A stretch of 62,545 nt of DNA, filler included, from Porpidia crustulata (lineage: Eukaryota): NCBI GenBank assembly GCA_964255105.1. It is 14 parts of 14 records of this genome, joined end to end, with 100 filler letters (N's around TTAATTAATTAA, not from the genome) between each part and the next. Parts side by side here need not be neighbours in the genome. Positions count along the whole stretch, not along the records: positions 22,491 to 26,873 come from CAXUWE010002089.1; positions 26,974 to 31,351 come from CAXUWE010002090.1; positions 31,452 to 35,824 come from CAXUWE010002091.1; positions 35,925 to 40,289 come from CAXUWE010002092.1; 10 more parts are not named here. One strand, 5' to 3'. Below are positions 24,214 to 36,809 of the stretch, one piece after another. Both the position numbers and the translations under genes were made by a program. Under the pieces are notes generated by a model. It was not told where the DNA came from. It made no database searches and was given only the letters and a program-made list of their open reading frames with translations. Each line of letters starts with the position of its first letter. The stretch's first letter is position 1.

Positions 24214-25045
24214 GATTTATGAACCGAGTGATCGTGTGTGACTATACCGCAAAGAATTGCAAGCTTTGGCTATCTTCTTCTTATCAGGGACGCAATTGAG
24301 GTGATCCCGCCTAGCAGGCAAATGCACGAGGGATAGGTCGGCTAGCCAGGCATTTTATCAACGGAGAACTAAAAGCTAAGAAAGAAAGAATGTGCTACGA
24401 CCACCCCCAGGGGCACATATATACCCGGGTGAGGAAGCGGGTGTCCGCTGAAGGGGAGGCGCACCACCCCAACTGCACCACCCAAAGGCGAAATACTAAG
24501 TCGTTAGACTTAGTCTATGTGCTACAAGATATACCCTAGGTAGGGCTCTAACAGAAAGAAAGAGCAATGATGATATTAGATAGAATTGTGAGAAATAAAC
24601 GAAATTAAATTTGATTTAAATAATATCATCTCTGAGTCGCACGTGCATCGCATTAAAAATCGAATTTCCGTCTGTCGCATTATTGATGACGCTAAATCTC
24701 TTTCGAATTGAGTTTTATGAGAAGATTTGGTTGTGACAGTTTTGATGATCGCTTGGTTGATGCGCCACAGTTTTTGCGCCCGACCCTCGGCGTTAAAGGC
24801 GTGTGCGGCGTAAACGGTACTCTAGCGTGTTTAGGTAATGTGCAAGGGTCTAGCAACACGAAATTCAGTAGAAAAGCTAAGAAGCGTGTTTTAAACATTA
24901 TACAACATCTACATCAATTTTCATCTTGAAGTTGGACTGGAATACCATAGTAGCCCCTCTACGGAAAGCGATTTTTAATTTTCGCAGATTCGAGTGTACT
25001 CTGTGGAGCCGAGGGGTGATTGGCAAAAGCCTAGCCAAAATCAAG

Positions 25046-26873
25046 ATGCAGGCCCCAGTGGTGGTGATGAGTATTCCCCCTACGTTCCGGGTATATTTTA
25101 AAGTTCTTGACTAATCGAGTATCCTAGATACGCAGTCTGGTGATAGACAAGTAGGTCGCAAAGCCCAACTCTCAAATATAACAGCCGCGAAAACGTGAGC
25201 GACATTATCCGCGTTTCTAGATTACTCCCCGAGCGAATACTGAACGAACATAGGGTTGCGGATATAATAAGATCATGCCTCGGTCCGAAAGCTATGCTCA
25301 AGATGCTATTAGATCCTATGGGTGGTATAGTACTCACGAACGATGGTCACGCTATATTACGAGAGATTGAGGTCGCGCACCCTGCAGCAAAGAGTATGAT
25401 AGAGCTTAGCAGAACACAAGATGAGGAAGTTGGTGATGGCACAACGACAGTCATAATATTAGGTGCTGTAAAGATGGCCCGCTTGTTAGCTGATTGCTGA
25501 CAGACCCCAGCTGGCGAAATACTGGCACAGGCCCTTCCTCAATTAGAACGAAACATCCATCCCGTTGTTATAATATCTGCCTTCAAACGTGCCCTCGCAG
25601 ATGCTCTCGAAATTGTTGAAGAAATCTCATTACCGGTGGATATCAAAGACGACAAAGCCATGTACCAATTAATCTCTTCCTCAATCGGCACCAAATTTGT
25701 CTCGAGATGGTCCGAGTTAATGTGCAACCTAGCCCTAAAGGCCGTCCGAACAGTGTCTCATGATATTGGCGGCGGCAAGAAAGAAGTAGATATCAAACGC
25801 TACGCGAAGGTCGAGAAGATCCCCGGCGGCGAAATTGAAGACAGCAAAGTACTCGATGGCGTCATGCTGAATAAAGACATCACCCATCCCAAGATGCGTC
25901 GTCGCATCAAAAATCCTCGCGTCATCCTACTTGACTGTCCCCTTGAATACAAAAAAGGTGAATCCCAAACCAATATTGAAATTTCCAAAGAGGAAGACTG
26001 GAACCGCATCCTGCAAATCGAAGAAGAACAAGTAAAACAACTCACCGACGCCATCCTCGCCCTCAAACCCGATCTTGTCATCACCGAAAAGGGCGTCTCC
26101 GACCTCGCCCAGCATTATCTTGTCAAAAATAACGTCACCGCCATCCGCCGCGTCCGCAAAACCGACAACAACCGCATCGCCCGCGCCACCGGCGCCACAA
26201 TCGTCAACCGTGTAGACGACCTCCACGAATCCGACGTCGGCACACAGTGCGGCCTCTTCGAAATCGAAAAAATCGGCGACGAATACTTCACCTTCCTCAC
26301 CCACTGCAAAACCCCCAAAGCCTGCACCATCCTCCTGCGCGGCCCCTCCAAAGACATCCTCAACGAAATCGAACGCAACCTGCAAGACGCCATGTCCGTC
26401 GCCCGCAACGTCATGTTCCACCCCCGCCTGTCCCCCGGCGGCGGCGCCACCGAAATGGCCGTCTCCGTGCGCCTGGCCCAAAAGGCCAAGTCCGTCGAGG
26501 GCGTCCAGCAATGGCCGTACAAATCCGTCGCCGAAGCCATGGAGGTGATTCCCCGCACCCTGATCCAGAACTCCGGCAGCAGCCCCATCAAGGTCCTGAC
26601 GGAGCTCCGCGCCAAGCACGCCGAGGGCCAGAGCACGTGGGGGATCGACGGGGATAAGGGTGCGCAGGTGGACATGCGCGAGTACGGGGTGTGGGAGCCC
26701 GAGGCTGTGAAGCTGCAGAGTATCAAGACGGCGGTCGAGGTGAGTTTCCTCCTTCCTGTGGGGTTTTCGGTAATGGGGAGACGCTAACAGATTTGGGGGG
26801 CAGTCGGCGTGTTTGCTGTTACGGGTCGATGACATTTGCAGCGCGAAAAGCGCGAAGCAGGCTGGGGGGCGAG
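25046..26873 (+). CDS. CCT3: T-complex protein 1 subunit gamma, extreme 3' end truncated (4 introns)
   Basis: MQAPVVVM, SCLGPKAMLKMLLDPMGGIVLTNDGHAILREI, EVGDGTTTV, DITHPKMRR and EEDWNRILQIEEE. Confidence 0.98.
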
Positions 26874-28210
26874 NNNNNNNNNNNNNNNNNNNNNNNNNNN
26901 NNNNNNNNNNNNNNNNNTTAATTAATTAANNNNNNNNNNNNNNNNNNNNNNNNNNNNNNNNNNNNNNNNNNNNGTGGAGGAAGCATGGGGATTAGATTGA
27001 TTTATTAGGGATAGTGTATATTTTTTTTCGGGGAGTTTTGAAAGGTTGGCTGTGTGTGAGTTTGGAGTTCTAGTGGAACATTTTCGAAAGAGATTTGCAG
27101 TCCAGTTCTAGTAAAAGGAAGATCGCGCGACATAATACGCACAAGTATTTCAAGTAAAACCATGCACAAAAATCACCCAAAGAAAAATCCCAATCCCAAC
27201 GCCAACGCCCCATCCACTCCATACCACCCCAGCTCACCTAAATCCTCAAACCCTCAACCCCAATCCCATACCTCCGCTCTTTCTCACACCGGTTCAAATC
27301 ACCAGTCCACAGCCAAAAGTCGCCATAATAAGCAGATGAGACCGACTTATATGACTAAAGGATAGAACGTACGAAAGCTTGTGTTTGTGTATGTTTGTTG
27401 GTGGTGGTATATTGGGGTAGATTGGGGTAGGTTTGTAGGTATTGATTGGAATGGTTTAGCGGTGGTAGGGGCTAGGGTGGGTTGGAATGGATAAGGAAGG
27501 GGTATGAAGGAAGTGGTTGACTTAGGGTTGGACTAGAAATTCATGAGGTTTATGAACGAGGATGTTGGTCGATATTTTTTTGCCTGTCATTTATGGTCTT
27601 TATAAATTGTCCCTGTCCGCGTGTCGTTGCCCAGATGTTCTTCCAGTAGCGTGGTTTGCTTTTTTTGACGGTGAGGATATGTTGGTTTTTGGCTTTTGGG
27701 TTTGAGCTGTAGTTGAGCATGATCATGTCAGCAGAGACAACTTTCTCTCTACGTTACAGCAGTTAGATCGCGTGGCTTTGTTTGAGGAGCTTTCTGGAGT
27801 GTTCTGTCCGAAATAAGTATCATGAATGTTTGCACAGTGGATCAGGGTTTAGGAGCAGATATTACACAAGGGATTTTCTTGGAGTAACGTCTTATGGCTA
27901 TGAATCTAAAGTGAAATGATGCTGTATGTTTGCGTACGCTTAGCAAATCAAACGAGTTATATGGGTAGAAGAGCGAGAAAAGGTCTGTACATTCGAATTA
28001 CAGAGTGAACGGATGTTTAATGTCTCAGCATATATTGCTATATAGATGCTGCAAAAGCCGAAAACAACACCACCGTGATTTTGTGGTAGAGAAACAAAAG
28101 CCGATTAGGATCTATACTCCTTGAAAGACCTCAAAATCTAGAGTGCTGTTGATAAAACTCCTGTACACGATATAGAAGCACCTCAATCAGTCACCAGACA
28201 TTCCCAGCCT

Positions 28211-29067
28211 TCATCTCTTCCTTTGAGACTTGTCGCACCACGACTCGACATAACGCCGTGTTGTAACAACTGGTACGCCAACCTCATGCTGTGGTCTCAG
28301 ACAGACCACCGGCAAATCGATCAAACGATGCTTCCAGCCTTCCTTGGATGCTACCATGGTGTAAAGATCCAACCACGGAAATGGTCCAAGGAAGTCGACG
28401 TCAATCTCGGATCCATACACTTGCTCGTCCTTGTTGACGCCAACTACGTTCTCCACTTTGGAGACATCGGGGTGGATGACCGTCAGACGGTCTCGAACTT
28501 TGTCGGCCATTATACCGAGTGCATTGGCCGTGAGTGTGGGGCGTCCTAGCCTATCTTCGTAGTCGCTCATCCTATGGTAGGAGGCGCAATGAGTATGAGG
28601 GTGAAGGTATGCAGAGAGGGGCAGTTTGCAGCAACGGCGCGGAGTTGGAGCTCAATCGCCCGGTCGCCTTGATACCCCTCGTGCGCCTCAGCGGTCCAAT
28701 TGAGGTTGTAGCCGAGCGTGATGTGTCTCATCATGCCCATTTGGGGGTGCATCGGAGTACTGCATGGTGGGCGTGTATTGGAGATCGTCGAGCGGAATCG
28801 ATTTTGTCCATAAAGAGCCATGACCGCCTCGTAATAGATACTCCGAGAAGTACGAAGAACTGCGGTGTGGTGAATGGTAGGATTGGTGGCCAGGCGCCTT
28901 GATAGACTATTCTCGTCATTGATATATGTTTCAGTGATCTGGTCCGTTCTTCTGCGGAGGGTCGCAGTTGATGCAAGAATGTGTTCAAAGATCTCAAGGC
29001 GAATCTCGGGAGGGATAATGGGGAGAGATCCCAACCCTGGCTCTGCAGTTCGATGAGTCTTCGGCAT
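28211..29067 (-). pseudogene. F-box-like (LPxEIR) protein split by an apparent frameshift at 28567-28570
   Basis: ORF 28567-29067 (IIPPEIRLEIFEHIL, AVLRTSRSIYYEAVMALYGQNRF) ends in an ATGA that opens ORF 28211-28570 in another frame. There is no GT donor nearby. Confidence 0.5.
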
Positions 29068-30056
29068 CGTGACTTATTCGCGAAGATTATTGATTATATT
29101 AGACCTCGAAAATTTGATGAGCAAGAATCGTAGGCTATCTTATGGAGAGACGCACGATGTAGGAAATATCGTTAACTTATATATGCCAAAAGTCTCTGCT
29201 CTTCATCGATGAGGTGACAAAACAACAAAATTGTGCAATCTGGACAACACCGTCATGCGTTAATATAGGGACTATCATTCTCACACAAGATAAAAGGAGA
29301 TGCGACACAATGAAAAACATATCAACAACACAAGGTTACGTCAAAAACATTGGACTTGGACGACATCATCCAGAAGCTCTCCAAACCCCTCAACAATACA
29401 GCAGCTTAATCAACCTGACTTCGACAAGCGATGGTATTCTGTGAAATTTCTTCGAAGTCATAGTGGTAATTTCTTTGTCTTGGAAAATAAAATACAACAT
29501 TGACAAAGACTCACACAGTACGATAAGAGATAGAGCCGTTGGATATTCGAATTCACAAGGAGTTCCTCGATGAATGACAATCTTGAGCGTACACGGTGTT
29601 CCGGTTATTCAATCCTCCGAAGTGCGATTATTGTGTCGGAAAACAAGCAATCTGACGTACCGTGACCTGGTCCTGTGTGTCATCGCGGCCATTGTCACTA
29701 AGGAGCGAAGAGTTGGTGTTGTTGGGTATGAATAAGAAAATAGGCAATGATTGAGTAATTCGTGTCTCGCATCTGATGTTCATATCGATGTGCAACCCAT
29801 ACAAGGCAAAACGTGCTTTTACATTGAATCTATCACCTTCGTTTATTGTCCCAATTCGGTCTTCACGCAATTTACGCATCGTCGGATCCAAGTGCCGTAT
29901 ATTCATACGCATTATCTTCTTATATAACATCTTGAAGTCCAACAGTCACAACTCTCGCTTATATACATATTCGGCTTCGTGGATTATTCACACAGGGCTT
30001 CTCGATTGTGCGCCGATGATCCTCAAACATATAACGCTCAAGACGATTTAGAATGC

Positions 30057-30710
30057 TCACAGCGTGAGGTTGAGTGCGTTGCCGGCCTTGACAAACAGTG
30101 TCATCTATAACACACATATCTACATCAGCCCCACGTTCATCCACAGCGACAATATCAAAGGAGGATTCAACTCACGCAAGTTCCCACACCAACCAAGAAA
30201 ACCACAGTCCTCACGTTACTGATGCTTAATTTCTCGGTGTTGATGTAGAGTATGTTGTAAACCGCCCTTGACATGAGGTACACGGCAGCCGCAGTATTGG
30301 TCGTCGAAGCCGGGACCCTGGCCACATTGGCAGCGACAATGGCGGCGGCGTACAATCCTATATTCTCGAACCCGTTTTGTTGCGCGGCTTCGGCACGCTG
30401 GTACTGGGCAAATTGGGCAGCGGTCGTTTTCGACTTTAGGGTGTCGTTTGCGGCGTTTCGCGGGTTGACATTGTCGAATTTGCCGACGCTATTCTACGGT
30501 AGAGATTGACGGTCAGGTCATCTAGCTCTTTCCTTCATTCGCATCTCTCAGGTGAGGTGGAGCGGAACGACGTACAGCGATGGTGGAGGCGTATAAGTGA
30601 GGGATAATGGAGATGATCCATGCTGCCTGCTTGTGTTCAGCGATGGAAATCTTCAGTTTTGGGAGGGCTATAAGTACCGGGATGCTGTAGAGGGAGTAAT
30701 TGGTGGACAT
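30057..30710 (-). CDS. MAPEG-family membrane protein (3 introns)
   Basis: MSTNYSLYSIP, FDNVNPR, RAEAAQQNGFEN, YLMSRAVYNILYI, and last exon MTLFVKAGNALNLTL*. Confidence 0.85.
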
Positions 30711-32473
30711 GTCGCTATATCTTATTTTTGAAGAAGGGAAACGAGGAAAAGAGAGTGTTGGTGGAAGAAAACACAGACAAAGGCGAAAGTTTAGATCACA
30801 TCAGTTTGCAGCCTAAATCGCGGAGAATTGAAAGAGTGCGATGATCCGCTAGCATTTAGATGGGATCTGTGGAAGCTCGTTGTGATGCTATCCAGGATCA
30901 TGGACATCAACGAGCGTGTAAAGTCATGCTGTGTAACATCTAACTATCTTCAAATGACTTCTACGCGCGTTTCAACAACTTTGTGATAATGTTCATGTTG
31001 CGCGATACAAAACTACGTCATCGCGTTCAAGCAAATAAAATACCGTTGAATTATTCCTCAATGGGCAAAACATCTCTCTCATGCTGAATGATGGTATGTG
31101 GTTTCCTGAATTATTACCCAATATCTCAAGATCCTACGGATGAAATGGACAGAAAAGACCTGCGGAAGGTGCAGGTTCATGACAACCGAGCTGGACATCG
31201 GAGTAAGCTCTGAGATATAGCTCGTATACTTCAATGGCAGGACAAAAATCTCTTCAATGACTTCATTTCTTTTCGCTCAAGCTCGATCTCATCTTCAAAT
31301 TTCCAACAATTTCTACTCCAACATTACTTATCCATCACCACCACTCCAGTCNNNNNNNNNNNNNNNNNNNNNNNNNNNNNNNNNNNNNNNNNNNNTTAAT
31401 TAATTAANNNNNNNNNNNNNNNNNNNNNNNNNNNNNNNNNNNNNNNNNNNNGGATATAGATGTCGAGGTGGCTACGAACGTTGGAGAAGAGGTCAGAGTT
31501 GGCTTGGAGGGTAAAGAGGATCAGGAAGTAATACTCTAGAGGGAGTTATTGGAGGTGATGGCTGCTTGGTCAGGATCGATTCTACGGCTTACGAAATGTT
31601 TTGAGATAGCCAGGAATCATACTAGAAGGTAGGTGTATAGATGATGAAGGGTTGTGCTCGAGAAGGATTGGGAAAGCTGAGCTCTGCAAATAACTCTGTA
31701 GTGTATGGCAACAAGGTAGTAATGAGCGAACTCGAATGAAATTTTGCGAACAGCCGGACAGATATGACGTGGTACAGATGTCGGTATCTAGAAGAAAACA
31801 CTGTGACATATATATCTAGGTCAGAGAAATCTTTCACAGTGCCTATACGTCTTTTTGAGAAAGAGAAAAGTGGGACCGTGAGTTTCGAGTGAGTCAGTGT
31901 CGGAGTCTTGATTGCACTGGACATAATAGGGGGTTGGTGGGATTGTTCAATTTCCATGAGAATATTCAACGGACTTTAGGATCATCTTTGAGTCCAAGAC
32001 TGTTCGGAGTCTGACAACATTGTACAGCTAGATCCAGCAGTACCTCCTGATGTGAAGCCAAGCGGGAGGCCAATCGCTTTCACGGGCAGTCTTGTGATGT
32101 CTGTCTTGACCGTAATTTGTGCTAGATAAGTTTGCCGGATCCGAACTCTTAGGTGTTCAAGTAATGGATTGGTAAATGGCAAAGGTTAGTTTGCTTGGGA
32201 GTGGTAGAAATTCCGAAGTTGTGATCGAATATCATCGTGCCCAAGGGGCGTGAAGCTGAAGTTTGGCTTTGGCGCAAACTTTCCCCTGCGTGAATGGGTA
32301 GCTTTCTGGTGGGGCCCCCCAGAACCGGTTCCGACAACCAATCTCCACGGTACTTCGTCGATGTTCATCCGTAAGGTAGTCATCATGTGATAAGAAACAA
32401 TCATAAGAGTGATATAAGCTGCTCTTTCCTTCGAATTCGAATTCGAAGAACCATTTGTGACTTGCGACTTCTA

Positions 32474-32614
32474 TACTCGTATAAACCCCTCCTTCGATTA
32501 CACCCCTAGTTCGAAAACAGCACCTAGGGTTAGGGCTAAACCCCCTTATTACTCCTAACCCTAGCTGCCGTTTTCGAACTAGGGGTGTAATCGAAGGAGG
32601 GGTTTATACGAGTA
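32474..32614. mobile_element. MITE / foldback element, probably Tc1-mariner (pogo)-derived
   Basis: 61-bp inverted arms (32474-32534 and 32554-32614) with 2 mismatches, the first 45 bp perfect. 19-nt loop, terminal TA on both sides consistent with a TA target-site duplication, no ORF. Confidence 0.8.
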
Positions 32615-33196
32615 ATCAAGATATCAGGTTTTTGTTTGGCTAAACATGTTAAGGAGTTTCGCCAAAACAGACATTAAAAGGTTACAATATTTAGTCCTAT
32701 TATTATAATACAATGACATTGCTATCCTTTGAACCCCCGAATTTCCATGGAAGAGCTTACACTTGCATGCAATAGTGCCTTCTAATCTACTTGCTATCTA
32801 ATTTTTCACTCTCCTCCGGAGCGACGACCTTAGCTGTACGTCAGACTGTCTAATATATCGACAAGGCCGTCGAAGCCTGTCATCCAGCCGCAGCGATCAT
32901 GGCACATGGGACATTAACGTCTTAAGTTTCCCTCTCCGGAGACGTAAGATATGGTTCCAAGTCATTCTCTGTTGGCTTTTCGATTTCCCAGCACCATTGC
33001 GACCTTATATGTTAACGCCTGATTCCAGCGATATGGAATCGATCTTTCCGCTTCCTGACTTTTCTCTTGCAATTCGGATTTGAATCAGAACGATGCTCAT
33101 CATGGCAGCCCGAGGAAGTAGCTTGTCTTTCGGGTTGAAACTTGAGACAGTCATGTTTAGATCTTGATGTGTGCCGAGCCGCCGTCACATAAAATC

Positions 33197-33916
33197 TCAC
33201 ACTTTGATATCGAAACTCGTTCCGCACCCACAACTACTTGATGCTGCCGGATTTCCCACGATTTTGAATTGGCTCCCTATCAATTCCATAGTATAGTCAA
33301 TCTTACTACCTTTAAGTAGCTCCAGACTCGGTTCGTCCATTACAACCTTTGCGCCAGTACCATCGGTGGCTTCAAATATTGTGTCTTCGGAAGAAACCTC
33401 AGAAGTGTTGGTGAGTGACATGAGATATTGAAAGCCATGGCAACCACCAGACTCAACTCGAACCCGTAATGCAAGCTTAGGATTAGAATCTTTAGACATA
33501 ATCTCTTGGAGACGCTAAGAATCCGTCAGGATCGAGGCTCGTTAGACATACCAGTAGAAACGTACTGTTGCAGCGCGAGAAGTTATGTCAATCAGCATGT
33601 CCTTGCCTCCTTCATCTTTCCGAGGATTTATGGTTACGACCACAGCTTTTCGAGTAGGTGAGGAAGTGAAACTCCGTTTGGGCTGTGTTCCTTGAGGATT
33701 TTGGCATGACATTCGCAAGTTCTGACGGTAGTTCAAAAACGTGCTGCTGTACGTTAAACATGACGGTGTAAAGTTCTGTGAAAATCCATGATTCTGGTGA
33801 CTGCTGGTAGAGAGGTGACGGCGGGGTATCGACATAGATTCCTTCATTGCTGCAATGCGCCCTGATCTCTTGACTGTAAGCCGGAGAAGTGGCACAGCGT
33901 ATTTCAAAGCAGCCAT
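33197..33916 (-). CDS. ISA2: Mitochondrial iron-sulfur cluster assembly protein Isa2 (1 intron)
   Basis: Arg/Ser-rich presequence, LRVRVESGGCHGFQY, KIDYTMELIGSQF and SSCGCGTSF. Confidence 0.92.
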
Positions 33917-34097
33917 AGAAATATTAAATTAACCACTGAGGTGCCGAAATCTGGGCAGGAAAGAACAGTATCGTCGTATGGGAGGAAGACGTAGCTCTAT
34001 GTTAGTGGGGGATTTTTAGGTTGTGGGTGTGGCGCCGTGGCGCCATCGACGGTCCAGCGTTCATCTAGATACCTTTTCAAATTGCAAGTGATATAAA

Positions 34098-35824
34098 ATG
34101 ACTAATCATCATCAAGGTATTGATATCAGCACAAGAGAACATTCGGATTTCCTGGATGAAAGGGATACCTTGAAAAGTCTAAAGAATGAATTCATAATGC
34201 CCACAAAGGCGGATTTGAGAAGCAGAACATTGGCGAAGTCAAGTAGCATTCTGCCTCACCTAAGATTAAAGATGCTGATTGACGGATGTTGTAGATCCTA
34301 CGATCGAGTGTGCGTCAGAGCCTTCCATATATTTCTGTGGTAATTCATTGGGTCTGCAGCCTCGTCGAACATCACAGCGCATATCCTCGCATCTTTTGGC
34401 ATGGGCTTCTAAAGGAGTCCTCGGCCATTTCACAGAACATGATGATAGCCCGTTGCCTCCATTTCTCGACATCGATGATACAGCGGCAGAATTTATGGCT
34501 CCGATTGTAGGTGCCAAGAAGAGCGAGGTTGCAGTGATGGAAACATTGACGGCGAATCTGCATCTACTAATGGCAAGCTTCTACCAACCTACAAAGGAGA
34601 GATACAAGATTGTCATGGAGGGCAAAGCGTTTCCAAGTGATCATGTAGGCACTTCGCCAATCTTCCAGCTCTACGAGTATTCGATATCTGATAGGCTTCT
34701 TACCCAGTATGCAGTTGAATCACAAATCCACCATCATAACCTCGACCCAAAGGATGCTATGATTCTTATTGAGCCTCCAGATTCAGAGCTTGCTACTGTC
34801 ACCACTTCTCACGTTCTCTCTGTAATCGATGAGCACGCCTCATCAACGGCTCTCATACTGCTTCCCGGGATACAGTACTACTCTGGCCAATACTTCGATA
34901 TACAGACAATTACGGCACACGCTCATTCTCACGGGATTATCATTGGCTGGGATCTTGCTCATGCAGTCGGAAACGTCGATGTGCAGCTCCATGACTGGAA
35001 TGTCGATTTTGCTGCTTGGTGCAACTATAAATACGTAAACTCCGGTCCTGGCGCCATAGCTGCGCTTTTCGTTCATGAGGAGCATGGAAAGGTGGAGAGA
35101 GGGGCCGCTGGCGATGTTGAATTTCGACCACGATTAAGCGGCTGGTGGGGCGGCGACAAAGGGATTAGATTCGAGATGGGCAAAGGTGAGCCTGCTACCA
35201 TCTTCTCCATTATTACCATGCCTACGAGTTGTCGTTGTACTCCTTAATGATTTGCCGAAATTTATGCTGGCACTCTACAACCAAATCTCTGCAACATCTC
35301 CACCCGAATACAATCACATGATCATTGCACTGCTCACATTTCTCCAGATTTTCTCCCCATCCCTGGCGCCCCCGGCTACCAAGTCGGCAACCCTTCCGCA
35401 CTCGCCCTGACCGCTCTACTCGCCTCCCTAGAAGTCTTCGCATTGACTTCCATATCCGCACTCCGTGCCAAATCCATGGCGCTAACCGCCCACCTCGAGT
35501 CCCTCCTCCTACAAAATTACGACCCAATCAATTCCCCCTACCGCATCATCACCCCTTCGAACCCTGCCGAACGAGGTGCACAATTAAGCGTACAATTAAA
35601 GCCAGGGTTGCTTGAGGGGGTGATGAAGGAGTTGGAGGATAAGGGGGTGGTGGTGGACGAACGAAAGCCGGATGTGATAAGGGTGGCGCCGGCACCGATG
35701 TACAATGGATTTGGGGAGGTGTGGGAATTTGTAAGGATCTTCAGCGAGGCTTGTCGAGAGGCGGAGGAAGGGCTGTTCGCAGGGGCGGGGGATGCGACGG
35801 GTTTAAAGGAAAGGAAAAGAAGGG
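34098..35824 (+). CDS. BNA5: Kynureninase (3 introns); stop codon lost in the linker
   Basis: [68 protein letters not shown] and DVIRVAP. Confidence 0.96.
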
Positions 35825-35990
35825 NNNNNNNNNNNNNNNNNNNNNNNNNNNNNNNNNNNNNNNNNNNNTTAATTAATTAANNNNNNNNNNNNNNNNNNNN
35901 NNNNNNNNNNNNNNNNNNNNNNNNCACGAAGCTCCTATCTAAGGAAATGACCATCATTATATAGACATAGGAAATTCGTGCCAAGAGCCT

Positions 35991-36102
35991 ATGTTCGCCA
36001 TGGTCGCTATGAGCGCTCAATGCTCATGGCGACCAAGGTGTTCATCATGATCGCTATGATCGCTATGAGCGCTCAATGCTCATGGCGACCAAGGCGCTCA
36101 TC
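35991..36102. repeat. Minisatellite of ~9-bp modules containing two identical 35-bp hairpin units
   Basis: TCGCTATGAGCGCTCAATGCTCATGGCGACCAAGG occurs at 36004-36038 and 36060-36094, built from ATGnnCGCY modules. Confidence 0.85.
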
Positions 36103-36809
36103 CTGAGGGGTACGCCCACTAGGCGTAACTCTGATACCTTGTTAAGCAGCCGCTAACAACATGTGGATCAATTTCTCTGTCACTTCAGATTATTAGATAA
36201 ATAAACGTCTAAGTTGCGAGACGCGGTGCAGAGTAAAGTAAATAAAATTTGCTCCTTTTTTCGCTCGGATTCGCTAAATCCTGAAATCGGGATCAGAATT
36301 TTGAATACAACGATAAGTAGGAGACTGGGAATACAATCTGCAGCATCTTACGTCTACCACAGACGCCTGCGTTTCCGAGACCGCATACGATGAGGCTTCA
36401 GGGAGACGTAATTAAATATAGTACCAAGAATGAGGGCCTTGTCTCTGCTGATGGAAGTCTGTAGCCATGGGGGACTATACCTGTGGTGGCTGAAACAGTA
36501 AAAAGTGTTCGGCGGAGAGAATCCCTGGCAAGGCTCGGAGGGTAGTATCGTTTAGGAGCAGTGGCAACAACTAGGATGAATGCCTCCGCTGGGATACATT
36601 TTGAGATTAAAGATTAAAGGTTAGTGAGACTACTTAAGCTTTGAGGATATACTGCAAGCGGAGTCGACCGGCATACCGACCATCGTCTACTTCCGATTGG
36701 TGCAACGACGCTATGGCGACGGTCCGACGATTCCCACGTCTTGTACCCTCGACTGCTAGAAAATGATTCCTCAGCTTCACATCTGGGATCCGACTCAACG
36801 ACCGTCGCC

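Noticed and set aside
24567..24635. Box C/D snoRNA (ATGATGA ... CTGA)
   Set aside because: The interior is extremely AT-rich, the C box is buried in a local inverted repeat, and no rRNA-complementary guide was recognised. It is more likely a degenerate repeat remnant.
31452..31620. Possible gene start on the - strand (MIPGYLKTF plus intron)
   Set aside because: Splice signals are plausible but weak, the product is unrecognisable, and it is truncated by the linker.
36004..36094. CRISPR-like palindromic 35-bp repeats
   Set aside because: Only two units, the spacer is made of the same modules, there are no cas genes, and the context is eukaryotic.
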